A stretch of 54,302 nucleotides of DNA from a virus (lineage: Duplodnaviria; Caudoviricetes), in IMG/VR virus record IMGVR_UViG_3300044724_008989, positions 1-54,302 of that record. The stretch is one strand, 5' to 3'. Positions 1 through 7,485 of this stretch are shown here, in pieces. A program made the position numbers and the translations under genes. Every line of letters begins with the position of its first letter. The first letter of the stretch is position 1. The notes below the pieces were generated by a model that was not told the DNA's origin, searched no databases, and saw only the letters and a list, made by a program, of their open reading frames with translations.

Positions 1-2
1 AC

Positions 3-140
3 TTGCGTGACTGGGCAGACTGTCTGCTTCACGGCATCGGACCTCAAGACTGCTTGGGGTTCGCTAAGAAGGCGAAGCGTGTAGGTCTTACTGACGCAGA
101 GGTAAACCAAGTGTTGCGAGAAGAGTTGGAGGAAGCGTAA
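3..140 (+). CDS. hypothetical protein, 5'-truncated
   Basis: Open frame LRDWADCLL...EELEEA* whose TAA overlaps the next ATG (TAATG). Confidence 0.6.
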   Translation: MRDWADCLLHGIGPQDCLGFAKKAKRVGLTDAEVNQVLREELEEA

Positions 141-265
141 TGTTGTTACCTGTATTGGTACTAACAGCTTGGTTTGTTTATGTTGAAGTTGAAATGCCTA
201 ATCGGACCAACGAATGTCCGTATGCAGAGTACGCTTGTGAAGAAGAGGAGAGTGTGAGTGAGTAA
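140..265 (+). CDS. small membrane-anchored hypothetical protein (41 aa)
   Basis: Manual translation MLLPVLVLTAWFVYVEVEMPNRTNECPYAEYACEEEESVSE; GGAGG SD; hydrophobic N-terminus. Confidence 0.55.
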   Translation: MLLPVLVLTAWFVYVEVEMPNRTNECPYAEYACEEEESVSE

Positions 266-455
266 TGTTTGGTATGATATGATGGTTGATCGATGCATCG
301 ACCAGGTTGAGGAGCTGGGTGACCAAGAGGTCCTTCAGATGGTCCCTGACTACGTTGATTTTTGTGAGCGTAGTGACATTAACGTCAATATTGACGAGGC
401 TCGAGACCTTGCTACTGACTACCTGTTTGGTCTCGAAATGGAGCGTTGTGCGTAA
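258..455 (+). CDS. hypothetical protein (acidic)
   Basis: ORF track; GAGGAG SD; coupled to neighbours. Confidence 0.7.
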   Translation: MSNVWYDMMVDRCIDQVEELGDQEVLQMVPDYVDFCERSDINVNIDEARDLATDYLFGLEMERCA

Positions 456-631
456 TGCATGATGCTCTAATATATCTAGTAACCTATGAGGGTCAGTGGG
501 ACGGTCGAAAGGGCGAGTCACCCTACAAGTGGACAGCCTTTGATCGTATTGATGCCGAGAAGCTGAAAGGTGAGCTAGAAGAGAAGTTCCCTGAGCGTGA
601 GTGGTCAGTCAGCGAGAAGGACGTATCGTGA
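455..631 (+). CDS. hypothetical protein
   Basis: ATG in TAATG overlap; ORF track frame 446..631. Confidence 0.7.
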   Translation: MHDALIYLVTYEGQWDGRKGESPYKWTAFDRIDAEKLKGELEEKFPEREWSVSEKDVS

Positions 632-867
632 AGCATAACCCAGTAGCAATGTATATGATGGCGTCGTATGCTTATTACTACGGTTGCGACCCCATTATGT
701 CTGATGGTGAGTTTGATCAGCTTGCAGTGTATTTATTAGAGAATTATGACAAATACGAGTCACACCCCCATTGTCCAACCGAGGATGATTTACGAGCTGG
801 CACTTACCTTGGTGACTATCCTTCGATTGTTATAGCAGCTCTTGAACAATACAGGAGGATTTTGTAA
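628..867 (+). CDS. stand-alone NAD-dependent DNA ligase domain Ia-like protein
   Basis: ASYAYYYGCDPIMSDGEFDQL resembles the LigA Ia motif YY-x2-D-x-P-x-(I/V)SD-x-EYD-x-L; GTG start overlaps upstream stop. Confidence 0.65.
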   Translation: MKHNPVAMYMMASYAYYYGCDPIMSDGEFDQLAVYLLENYDKYESHPHCPTEDDLRAGTYLGDYPSIVIAALEQYRRIL

Positions 868-1028
868 TGATTTACATTGTGTGGTGCAGGTCTTCTTTTG
901 GTACTGATCTGATGACAGTATGGGAAGAACGTCATCTTGCTGAGAAGGAGACACAATCCCTCAACAAAAGAGACCCCGAGGCTTTTTATTTCATGGAAGC
1001 CTTGGAAATATCAACTAGCTTGAACTAA
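867..1028 (+). CDS. hypothetical protein (53 aa)
   Basis: Manual translation MIYIVWCRSSFGTDLMTVWEERHLAEK...; AGGAGG SD; TAATG coupling. Confidence 0.6.
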   Translation: MIYIVWCRSSFGTDLMTVWEERHLAEKETQSLNKRDPEAFYFMEALEISTSLN

Positions 1029-1036
1029 ATAGTTTT

Positions 1037-1174
1037 ATGAAGACGCGTACTAACAATCTGGTAGCTAAGCATGCCCGTAAGTTTAACAAGGCAGCAGTGC
1101 ATGCGGACAGAAAAAAGCAGGCGCGTAGAGGTATCGTAAAACACAAGGGCAAGCTGTATGAAGCGCAACTATAG
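1037..1174 (+). CDS. small basic protein (45 aa)
   Basis: MKTRTNNLVAKHARKFNKAAVHADRKKQARRGIVKHKGKLYEAQL; the NLVAKH..FNKA.VH..KHKGK pattern recalls a small conserved T4-like phage ORF; TAAATA just upstream (1026-1031). Confidence 0.7.
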   Translation: MKTRTNNLVAKHARKFNKAAVHADRKKQARRGIVKHKGKLYEAQL

Positions 1175-1463
1175 GCTTTGTTATCGACCATCACAGGCAC
1201 CAACACATCACATTCATGAAGTATTCTATGACGACCAAGACAGGGTCATACTATATGAACGTGAACCAGCAGTCGCCTTTGGCGATGATGTAGCTGAGCT
1301 GTATGAGCGATGTGCCGAGATGTGGAAGGCATTTGATGAGGAGCCACTTGATTTAGACCGCATGGATAAGAAGATTTTTATCCGCATGATTAATGATGAG
1401 TTCAATGACGTATATGACAAGCACATGGATCAGAAGCGAAATCCAGAAAATGGATCAAAATAG
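1158..1463 (+). CDS. hypothetical protein
   Basis: ORF track; NYR...IHEVFYD pattern typical of small phage ORFs. Confidence 0.7.
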   Translation: MKRNYRLCYRPSQAPTHHIHEVFYDDQDRVILYEREPAVAFGDDVAELYERCAEMWKAFDEEPLDLDRMDKKIFIRMINDEFNDVYDKHMDQKRNPENGSK

Positions 1464-1495
1464 GCCAAATTGCCGAAAAAAAGATGCGTTTTTTG

Positions 1496-1531
1496 CCTCT
1501 GTAACTCCTTGTAGTTACGGAGGTTTTTTTT
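1496..1531 (+). terminator. rho-independent terminator
   Basis: CCTCTGTAACT-ccttgt-AGTTACGGAGG stem (one G-U pair) followed by T8. Confidence 0.8.
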
Positions 1532-1539
1532 GCCTGTCA

Positions 1540-1585
1540 AATCAAGAGGTTAGAGCTGGACTTTTGCTCGTGTAGACCTGATAAT
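1540..1585 (+). promoter_or_regulatory. sigma70-type early promoter with adjacent IHF-consensus site
   Basis: TGGACT (1557-1562)-17 nt-GATAAT (1580-1585); AATCAAGAGGTTA (1540-1552) matches WATCAANNNNTTR. Confidence 0.6.
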
Positions 1586-1620
1586 GTCCCCATTGAATGA
1601 TTAATTAGATAGGAACTTTT

Positions 1621-1977
1621 ATGGATATTTCAACTTTGCAATTGCTTCTCGATTCTCACGCTCAGGTGTTTGAGAAGATCCGTCAAGACGATATGTTTGA
1701 GTCTGAGTCAGCTATCGACTACAACTACGCTCTTGGTGTTGAGCACGGCTTTAGACAAGCTGTCCGCCTACTCAAGGATGCTCTTGAGACCGAGCTTAAA
1801 GCTCGTGACAACGATGCTCAGTGGGTCGACTACGTTGTTCGATCTGCAATTGAGAATAACACCTTTGGTAGTGGCTACATCTCTTGGGATGGTGCTTACG
1901 ACGAAGCTGCTGAAGAGCTTGACGTCGACCACGACGCCCTGTGTGATGCATTTCAACGCGTTCAAGAGGCTGCATAA
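1621..1977 (+). CDS. hypothetical early protein
   Basis: ORF directly after the promoter; AGGA SD. Confidence 0.8.
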   Translation: MDISTLQLLLDSHAQVFEKIRQDDMFESESAIDYNYALGVEHGFRQAVRLLKDALETELKARDNDAQWVDYVVRSAIENNTFGSGYISWDGAYDEAAEELDVDHDALCDAFQRVQEAA

Positions 1978-2186
1978 TGCAAGTTGAGGATATTAGAGTA
2001 GGTAAGCTGTACCGTTTGGTTGATGGTCTTAGCGATGAGTACAATCGTAGGCTCGTTAAGATCATCAACATTTTTTTTAACGAGGATTGGGACGAGTACT
2101 GCATTCAAGCTCGTCCAGTTGGCTGGAGCCAGTTTAGTCAGGCTCCTTCTTTCATTGCTAGTGACTTCAAGGAGATTGTAGAATGA
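1977..2186 (+). CDS. hypothetical protein
   Basis: TAATG coupling; ORF track. Confidence 0.75.
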   Translation: MQVEDIRVGKLYRLVDGLSDEYNRRLVKIINIFFNEDWDEYCIQARPVGWSQFSQAPSFIASDFKEIVE

Positions 2187-2335
2187 GACCTTATAAGGAC
2201 TATGTTCATCAACGACGTGTGGACGACAATACCAGAGTCGTCTTGGAAGTAACTGACGAGGATATTTTGTCAGGCATTATTGTCATGGCCGTACTTGGTT
2301 TGATCTTGGGTACTATGATAGGGTTGGCTATATGA
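2183..2335 (+). CDS. small protein with C-terminal transmembrane helix (50 aa)
   Basis: Manual translation MRPYKDYVHQRRVDD...ILSGIIVMAVLGLILGTMIGLAI*; AAGGAG SD; ATGA overlaps at both ends. Confidence 0.65.
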   Translation: MRPYKDYVHQRRVDDNTRVVLEVTDEDILSGIIVMAVLGLILGTMIGLAI

Positions 2336-2766
2336 GTGTTTTGATAAACTTTACTGCAACTGGAAAAACCTGTAACTGGCCTGGATGCAACAAACAGGCT
2401 TACAAGACCAAGTTGGATGTGGTTAGTAAGTCAAAACATTGCATTCGCCATCACATGATGAAGGCATCGGGAAGAGTTGGACCTCAGTGGAAAAGAGATT
2501 GCTATAGAGAAAACATGAAGCCAAGGTGCGCGCTAAGTGGTAAAACACTGGCTGATGCAATGGCTGAGACCAAAGCGATCCTCGATGCATTGGGCAAAAC
2601 TTATTCTAAACGTCACCTGCTTAAAAGATCGTGCCAACAGTTTGATGTCGATCATATAGATGGTAATCATAAAAATAATAATCCAAGCAATCTTCAAACA
2701 TTAACTAAAGCTGCTCATAAGTTAAAAACTGATGAGTGTGGTGATGCTGCTCCGGGGAGATATTGA
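2332..2766 (+). CDS. HNH endonuclease
   Basis: DVDHIDGNHKNNNPSNLQTLTKAAH HNH motif; N-terminal CxxxxC..HCxxH. Confidence 0.85.
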   Translation: MSVLINFTATGKTCNWPGCNKQAYKTKLDVVSKSKHCIRHHMMKASGRVGPQWKRDCYRENMKPRCALSGKTLADAMAETKAILDALGKTYSKRHLLKRSCQQFDVDHIDGNHKNNNPSNLQTLTKAAHKLKTDECGDAAPGRY

Positions 2767-2767
2767 T

Positions 2768-3061
2768 ATGACATCGTTGCAAGGTTATGTCAAGGCATCA
2801 TACGATGAGCTCGTCGAAGTGTTTGGCGAGCCTTCCTTTCAGTGCTCTTGGGATCTACAGACTGGTGGCGATGGTAAAGTCGAGACTGAGTGGGAGCTCA
2901 CCGAGGACGATACACCGGTGACCATTTACGACTGGAAGGAGTACGACAACGGCAGTCGTAGTCGTTCTGGTTCGGCTTATCGTTGGCACATTGGTGGTAA
3001 CAGTCGAGAGGCCGTGTCCATTGTCTCTAACCGTCTCAATAAGGTAGCGCATTATGTTTGA
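2768..3061 (+). CDS. conserved phage hypothetical protein
   Basis: DGKVETEW...TIYDWK...WHIGG pattern; GGAG SD. Confidence 0.8.
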   Translation: MTSLQGYVKASYDELVEVFGEPSFQCSWDLQTGGDGKVETEWELTEDDTPVTIYDWKEYDNGSRSRSGSAYRWHIGGNSREAVSIVSNRLNKVAHYV

Positions 3062-3257
3062 GGTGTTTGAGGTTTCATTGGGCAATGATCGCTCTTACTA
3101 TGGTGACAAGCAGACTGCTAAGGATAAGGCAGACTGGTTGTATGATCATTACTTTGATGGCATCCCTTTTGTTGACCATCACAAGTTTGAGAACAGCGAG
3201 CAGCTGGTAGAGTTTCTTAACAAGACGAGAGGGTTTGTTTCCAATGAGCGAAGCTAG
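3054..3257 (+). CDS. hypothetical protein
   Basis: ORF track; coupled overlap. Confidence 0.7.
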   Translation: MFEVFEVSLGNDRSYYGDKQTAKDKADWLYDHYFDGIPFVDHHKFENSEQLVEFLNKTRGFVSNERS

Positions 3258-3426
3258 AATGGATATCGCAGAAGAGCGTTTAGAGATTGCTGTTGAGTTT
3301 ATTCGTCGATTAATTAATCCTGAAGTGTATGGGTTGCAATTAAGCGACGAGGTACGTCGTGAAACTCATCGTACGCTTTGCATGGTTGATGACGGCTACT
3401 ACTGGCGTACGTTGGGTGATAAATAA
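3244..3426 (+). CDS. hypothetical protein
   Basis: ATG at 3244 with GAGG SD, in ORF frame 3235..3426. Confidence 0.7.
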   Translation: MSEARMDIAEERLEIAVEFIRRLINPEVYGLQLSDEVRRETHRTLCMVDDGYYWRTLGDK

Positions 3427-3430
3427 TCTA

Positions 3431-3898
3431 ATGCACGTAACGATTCGTAACGTCCCGTGGAAGTTCCAGCACGGCCTCATCAGGCGGTGCTGTGACTTTG
3501 TGATGTCTAGGTTCTGTACTGAAGAACTAATGCATCAAATTGAGATCGAAGTGGTTGGTGTCAAAGGTCAGTATGACAAAGATGGTGCCCTTGGGTACTG
3601 TTCGATCAGTGATGAGCACTTTGGATCTAATAAAAGAATCCCTACTTGGTTTACTATTGAGCTTGACACTGCAATGACTTTTGATCAGTTGTTTGTAGTG
3701 CTTTGTCATGAGTTAGTTCACGCTAAACAGTATGCGACTCTTCAATTGAGAGAGCGATATCATCCTACTTATCGTAAGATGTGGAAGGATAAAGATATCA
3801 CTGATCGCTACTATAGCCAATCGCCTCATGAACAAGAGGCCTACCGTAGAGAGTTGAAGTTGTGCACTCAGTTCTTTGCAAGCGAACTGGAGAAGTAA
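3431..3898 (+). CDS. putative zincin-like metallopeptidase (HExxH)
   Basis: LCHELVHAKQY followed by PHEQEAY (candidate third-ligand Glu). Confidence 0.75.
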   Translation: MHVTIRNVPWKFQHGLIRRCCDFVMSRFCTEELMHQIEIEVVGVKGQYDKDGALGYCSISDEHFGSNKRIPTWFTIELDTAMTFDQLFVVLCHELVHAKQYATLQLRERYHPTYRKMWKDKDITDRYYSQSPHEQEAYRRELKLCTQFFASELEK

Positions 3899-4087
3899 AT
3901 GGACCCTTTAATTCATACACTGATTGCAACAGGACTTTGTGCTGTTTTCTTTTACAGTGGATACGCGTATGCTTGGTGGAAGCTTCGGCAGTCTATCATT
4001 GAACAGGTCACTGAAGCTGCTACTAGAATTCGTTTTGTTGTTGAGAATGATGATGAAGATATTGAGAGAGACGACCGACTGGGGTGA
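3899..4087 (+). CDS. small membrane protein
   Basis: N-terminal hydrophobic helix; GGAG SD. Confidence 0.7.
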   Translation: MDPLIHTLIATGLCAVFFYSGYAYAWWKLRQSIIEQVTEAATRIRFVVENDDEDIERDDRLG

Positions 4088-4364
4088 ACACCAAGTTGGT
4101 AACCACATATATCATGTGAACGACCACGGCTGGCTTGTAGCTTTTGATAACGGTAGTGGTCTTAAAACCTTTAAGCATCCGCTGAAGCAATTCAGTAGAA
4201 CTAGACGTAAGTTTGAAACTATTAGCTTTGTACCTGACGAACTAGAGCCAGGCGCTAAGCGTATCGTTGGATCTAAGGGTGCCGTGTACATTATCAAAGA
4301 CGGAAACTGTACCTGTAGTGGTTTCAAGTTCAGAGGGAGATGTAAGCATGTCGAGGCAGCTTGA
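4047..4364 (+). CDS. SWIM zinc-finger protein
   Basis: C-terminal GSKGAVY...CTCSGFKFRGRCKH (CxC-x-CxH); start ambiguous among tandem ATGs at 4047/4050/4053. Confidence 0.75.
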   Translation: MMMKILRETTDWGEHQVGNHIYHVNDHGWLVAFDNGSGLKTFKHPLKQFSRTRRKFETISFVPDELEPGAKRIVGSKGAVYIIKDGNCTCSGFKFRGRCKHVEAA

Positions 4365-4701
4365 GGAACTATCACCAGAAGAGATTGAACGCATCAAGCT
4401 AATCTCTACTATCAACTGGAAAGTGGTTGACAGGTGGCGCGACAAGTTTGGGTACAAGTCTAACGACGAGATGGTGTGGGACTGGATGTTCAACCAGGAC
4501 GAAATCTTCTCTCGTGGTCTCAAGAAGAAGCCTTATCCTTTCCACCGTCATGTTCGTCTTAACTTAGATAAGATGGGCTTTACTGGTGTCACGGATGTCC
4601 AGTCTGTAATCGATCAAGGTCTCAAGCTGACCAGTGCTCAGATGAGACAGCTTAAAGAATCCATGTTGGATGATGAAACTACTGGTGAGGATGAAGAATG
4701 A
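4348..4701 (+). CDS. hypothetical protein
   Basis: ATG at 4348 in ORF frame 4267..4701; GGGAG upstream. Confidence 0.7.
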   Translation: MSRQLEELSPEEIERIKLISTINWKVVDRWRDKFGYKSNDEMVWDWMFNQDEIFSRGLKKKPYPFHRHVRLNLDKMGFTGVTDVQSVIDQGLKLTSAQMRQLKESMLDDETTGEDEE

Positions 4702-5357
4702 AGTTAAGTATTAATGATTCATTGGCTAGAGCTATACCATTCGATTACAGTTTGGATTTTTTTGGTATATCCTTTAATTATGTGTGCGAGTATGTATTGA
4801 ATCCTGAATTGACTCATGGATTAGACATTAACAATATAGACTGGAATGAAGCTGAAAGGCAAAATCAAATTTATATCATCACGGCGTGGAAAAACAACAA
4901 ACTTGTTGATGTTGTGAAGATAGGGGAGACGTATTGGAATCTTCTAGTCCGGTCTAAGACTTTTTTGAAGTTTCTTAGTAATCCTGATTTTAAATGTAAC
5001 AGGAAGTGGAAGGAGTATACGTGTGATGGCGGTGCAAGACTTTCTCGATATATTAATGACATCCACACAAACCGGTTTGTAAGAGACAATATAAAGTCCT
5101 TATTAAATCAGAGCTTTGATATAAGAGCGTATACAGCTAATGCTGAAGACGTGTTTTCCTGTTTCAATAGTAATTTAAATCTTTTTTCTCTTTTTGAAAA
5201 CAACGAATGGATTCCTAATGTAAAATATTATTCGTCTAATACTTATTATGATGTTCGTAATGTTCATGAAAGAAGAAAAGTAGCAGAGCGTGAACTCATT
5301 TTGGCATATGAAGATCGATACAACCAACTTCCCGCGTTTAACGAGAATCGTAGCTAA
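4698..5357 (+). CDS. GIY-YIG-like nuclease (divergent, AT-rich)
   Basis: IYIITA...VVKIGET, RLSRY, AERELILAYEDRYNQLPAFN; visibly more AT-rich than its neighbours. Confidence 0.55.
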   Translation: MKLSINDSLARAIPFDYSLDFFGISFNYVCEYVLNPELTHGLDINNIDWNEAERQNQIYIITAWKNNKLVDVVKIGETYWNLLVRSKTFLKFLSNPDFKCNRKWKEYTCDGGARLSRYINDIHTNRFVRDNIKSLLNQSFDIRAYTANAEDVFSCFNSNLNLFSLFENNEWIPNVKYYSSNTYYDVRNVHERRKVAERELILAYEDRYNQLPAFNENRS

Positions 5358-5375
5358 TACCTAGAGATTTATTGT

Positions 5376-5597
5376 ATGACTGAGATAATGACCAGCCAAA
5401 AGTTCTCGTTGTTAATCGAACAAATTGTTCTTGACAAAAAGTGTAGTTACATGGATGCTATACTTTTGTATTGTGAAAGGCACGAAATGGAAATCGAGAG
5501 TGCAGCGAAGCTGGTCAACGTCAAGATCAAGCAGCAGCTTGAGATCGAATATGGTGAGTTAAACTTTTTACCTAAGGCGGCACAGTTACCAATATGA
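5376..5597 (+). CDS. gp33: late promoter transcription coactivator
   Basis: FSLLIEQIV...SYMDAILLYCE...LNFLPK; synteny before gp59/gp32. Confidence 0.9.
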   Translation: MTEIMTSQKFSLLIEQIVLDKKCSYMDAILLYCERHEMEIESAAKLVNVKIKQQLEIEYGELNFLPKAAQLPI

Positions 5598-5809
5598 TAC
5601 CTACCAATGTACTCACAACAATGTTTAGTGATGATGGCAAACGAGAAGCTCAGGTGTTTCGTAATGAGGGTGGGTTGTTTGTTAATATGTTTCAACGTAA
5701 CGACCAGGAGAAGCTCGAACTTATTCACAAGGTAGATGTCTCTGAGCATAATGAGTACTATGCTGAGGATGCTGCTGAGAACTGGGTAACCTACGTCATA
5801 AGGAACTGA
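5594..5809 (+). CDS. conserved hypothetical protein
   Basis: C-terminal YAEDAAENWV motif. Confidence 0.8.
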   Translation: MIPTNVLTTMFSDDGKREAQVFRNEGGLFVNMFQRNDQEKLELIHKVDVSEHNEYYAEDAAENWVTYVIRN

Positions 5810-6417
5810 TGGACATCTATGAAGGCTTTGCTGCGTACCAGACATACGTAGCAGTTCGTAATCACTTTAAGCAGGACAGCTATGACTACTTCAAATATAA
5901 TGGAAAGACTCGGGTTGGACAAGATAGTTTTCTTAAGCGTAACGACAGATATTTCTTCGCCAAACTACAACGTAAGCTCAGCACAAGTGAGCTGGTTGGT
6001 TTCTTTGTTGCCAACTTCATCTCAGACGACTCAAACTGGTCAGGCTCACTAGTCACCGAGAACAGCATGTCTGTGTACAAACAGTGGTTAGCAAAGATAC
6101 AATCACTATCATATATCTTTGAGCAAGATTGTAGATTGTTGAAAGATGCTGTTGACATTGAAGCGAAGAGCTTTGATAATCTCTTTATTACTAATGGTAA
6201 CCATCCTCCTTTGTTAAAGATGTACCTAGGCAAGAGGATTCATTTGGAGACCATGGTAATAATCGATCAGATCTTACACTACAGTAAGAGATGGTCAAAG
6301 GATCTAGATGACGACATCATTTGGAGCAGTACTTGTCGTCGGATAGATAAATATAGTAGCTTCGTACAAGTCGATAAAGGCAAGTATAAAGCTATTATGC
6401 ATAAACTGTTTATATAA
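5809..6417 (+). CDS. gp59: helicase loader
   Basis: Y..Y.A.RNHF...YDYFKYNGK...F.KRND.YFF.KL signature. Confidence 0.95.
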   Translation: MDIYEGFAAYQTYVAVRNHFKQDSYDYFKYNGKTRVGQDSFLKRNDRYFFAKLQRKLSTSELVGFFVANFISDDSNWSGSLVTENSMSVYKQWLAKIQSLSYIFEQDCRLLKDAVDIEAKSFDNLFITNGNHPPLLKMYLGKRIHLETMVIIDQILHYSKRWSKDLDDDIIWSSTCRRIDKYSSFVQVDKGKYKAIMHKLFI

Positions 6418-6465
6418 TGCAATCTGTGGATAAAACGACATACACCGCTATACAAGGAAAAAGAT

Positions 6466-7383
6466 ATGGCTACTTCATTCTCTGAGCTTAAGCGCTCACG
6501 CTCATCCTCCCTAAAGACTCTGATCGACGAAACTAACAAGCTGTCTTCGGGCAATCCGCAAGCACAGCAAGAAGATCGATTCTGGAAACCTGCTGTAGAC
6601 AAAGCTGGTAATGGCTATGCAGTCATTCGGTTCTTGCCTGCTGCACAGGGAGACGACTTACCTTGGGTACAAACCTGGAACCATGGCTTCCAAGGTCCTG
6701 GTGGCTGGTACATCGAGGAGTCACTTACCACTATCGGTAAGAAAGATCCTGTCTCGGAATACAACTCTATGTTGTGGAACAGTGGGATCGATGCTAACAA
6801 AGACCAAGCTCGTAAGCAGAAGCGACGTCTTAACTACATCTCTAACATTCAAGTGATCAACGATCCTTCCAACCCTGACAACAACGGAAAGGTGTTCTTG
6901 TACAAGTTCGGTAAGCGTATCTGGGACAAGATCAATGATCTGATGAATCCTCAGTTCGAAGATGAGCAACCAGTAAATCCATTTGACTTCTGGGAAGGTG
7001 CTAACTTCAAGCTAAAGATTCGACAGGTGGAAGGGTATCGTAACTATGACAAGAGCGAGTTCGACTCATCTGAGCCTCTCGCTGAAGACGATGCGTTGGA
7101 AGCAATCTGGAAGTCACAGACTCCACTTGCTGAGTTCACTAACCCATCTAACTTCAAGTCGTATGAGGAGCTACAAGCTAAGCTGAACCGTGTACTTGGT
7201 ATCGACGCTGATACTAGTAACCGAAGTGCTACTGTAGAGGAAGCTGAACCAGCTCCTGCTCCTGCAAGGGCAGCTCCGGCTCCTGCAGCAGCTACGGCGG
7301 ATGCTGATGACCTACCCTGGTCCACAGACGAAGATGATGACGATGGAATGTCGTTCTTTGAGAAGTTAGCTCAAGACGGCTAA
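6466..7383 (+). CDS. gp32: single-stranded DNA-binding protein
   Basis: DKAGNGYAVIRFLP, HGFQGPGGWYIE, PFDFWEGANFKLKI, NYDKSEF; acidic tail. Confidence 0.98.
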   Translation: MATSFSELKRSRSSSLKTLIDETNKLSSGNPQAQQEDRFWKPAVDKAGNGYAVIRFLPAAQGDDLPWVQTWNHGFQGPGGWYIEESLTTIGKKDPVSEYNSMLWNSGIDANKDQARKQKRRLNYISNIQVINDPSNPDNNGKVFLYKFGKRIWDKINDLMNPQFEDEQPVNPFDFWEGANFKLKIRQVEGYRNYDKSEFDSSEPLAEDDALEAIWKSQTPLAEFTNPSNFKSYEELQAKLNRVLGIDADTSNRSATVEEAEPAPAPARAAPAPAAATADADDLPWSTDEDDDDGMSFFEKLAQDG

Positions 7384-7386
7384 AGA

Positions 7387-7451
7387 TTCATGCGAGTGAT
7401 ACCGGATCTCGCCATGAAGGGTGACTGCTAGCACCTAAGCAACTCTAGCAG
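7387..7451 (+). ncRNA. candidate structured RNA (hairpin plus H-type pseudoknot) in the gene 32 3' region
   Basis: TTCATG/CATGAA plus CGAG/CTCG hairpin (7387-7418); pseudoknot GGGTG/CACCT crossed with CTGCTAG/CTAGCAG (7419-7451). Confidence 0.5.
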
Positions 7452-7453
7452 GG

Positions 7454-7485
7454 AAAGGGGGCACCTAGGAAGGCCCCCTTTTTTT
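7454..7485. terminator. rho-independent terminator between convergent genes (probably bidirectional)
   Basis: AAAGGGGGC...GCCCCCTTT stem with a T7 tract on + and a short A run on the left. Confidence 0.85.

Noticed and set aside
1-30. Resemblance of GTGACTGG.CAGAC to an Illumina adapter
   Set aside because: Short imperfect match lying within an open coding frame.
7250-7300. GCTCCT-type repeats at the end of gene 32
   Set aside because: Encode an ordinary Ala/Pro linker before the acidic tail.
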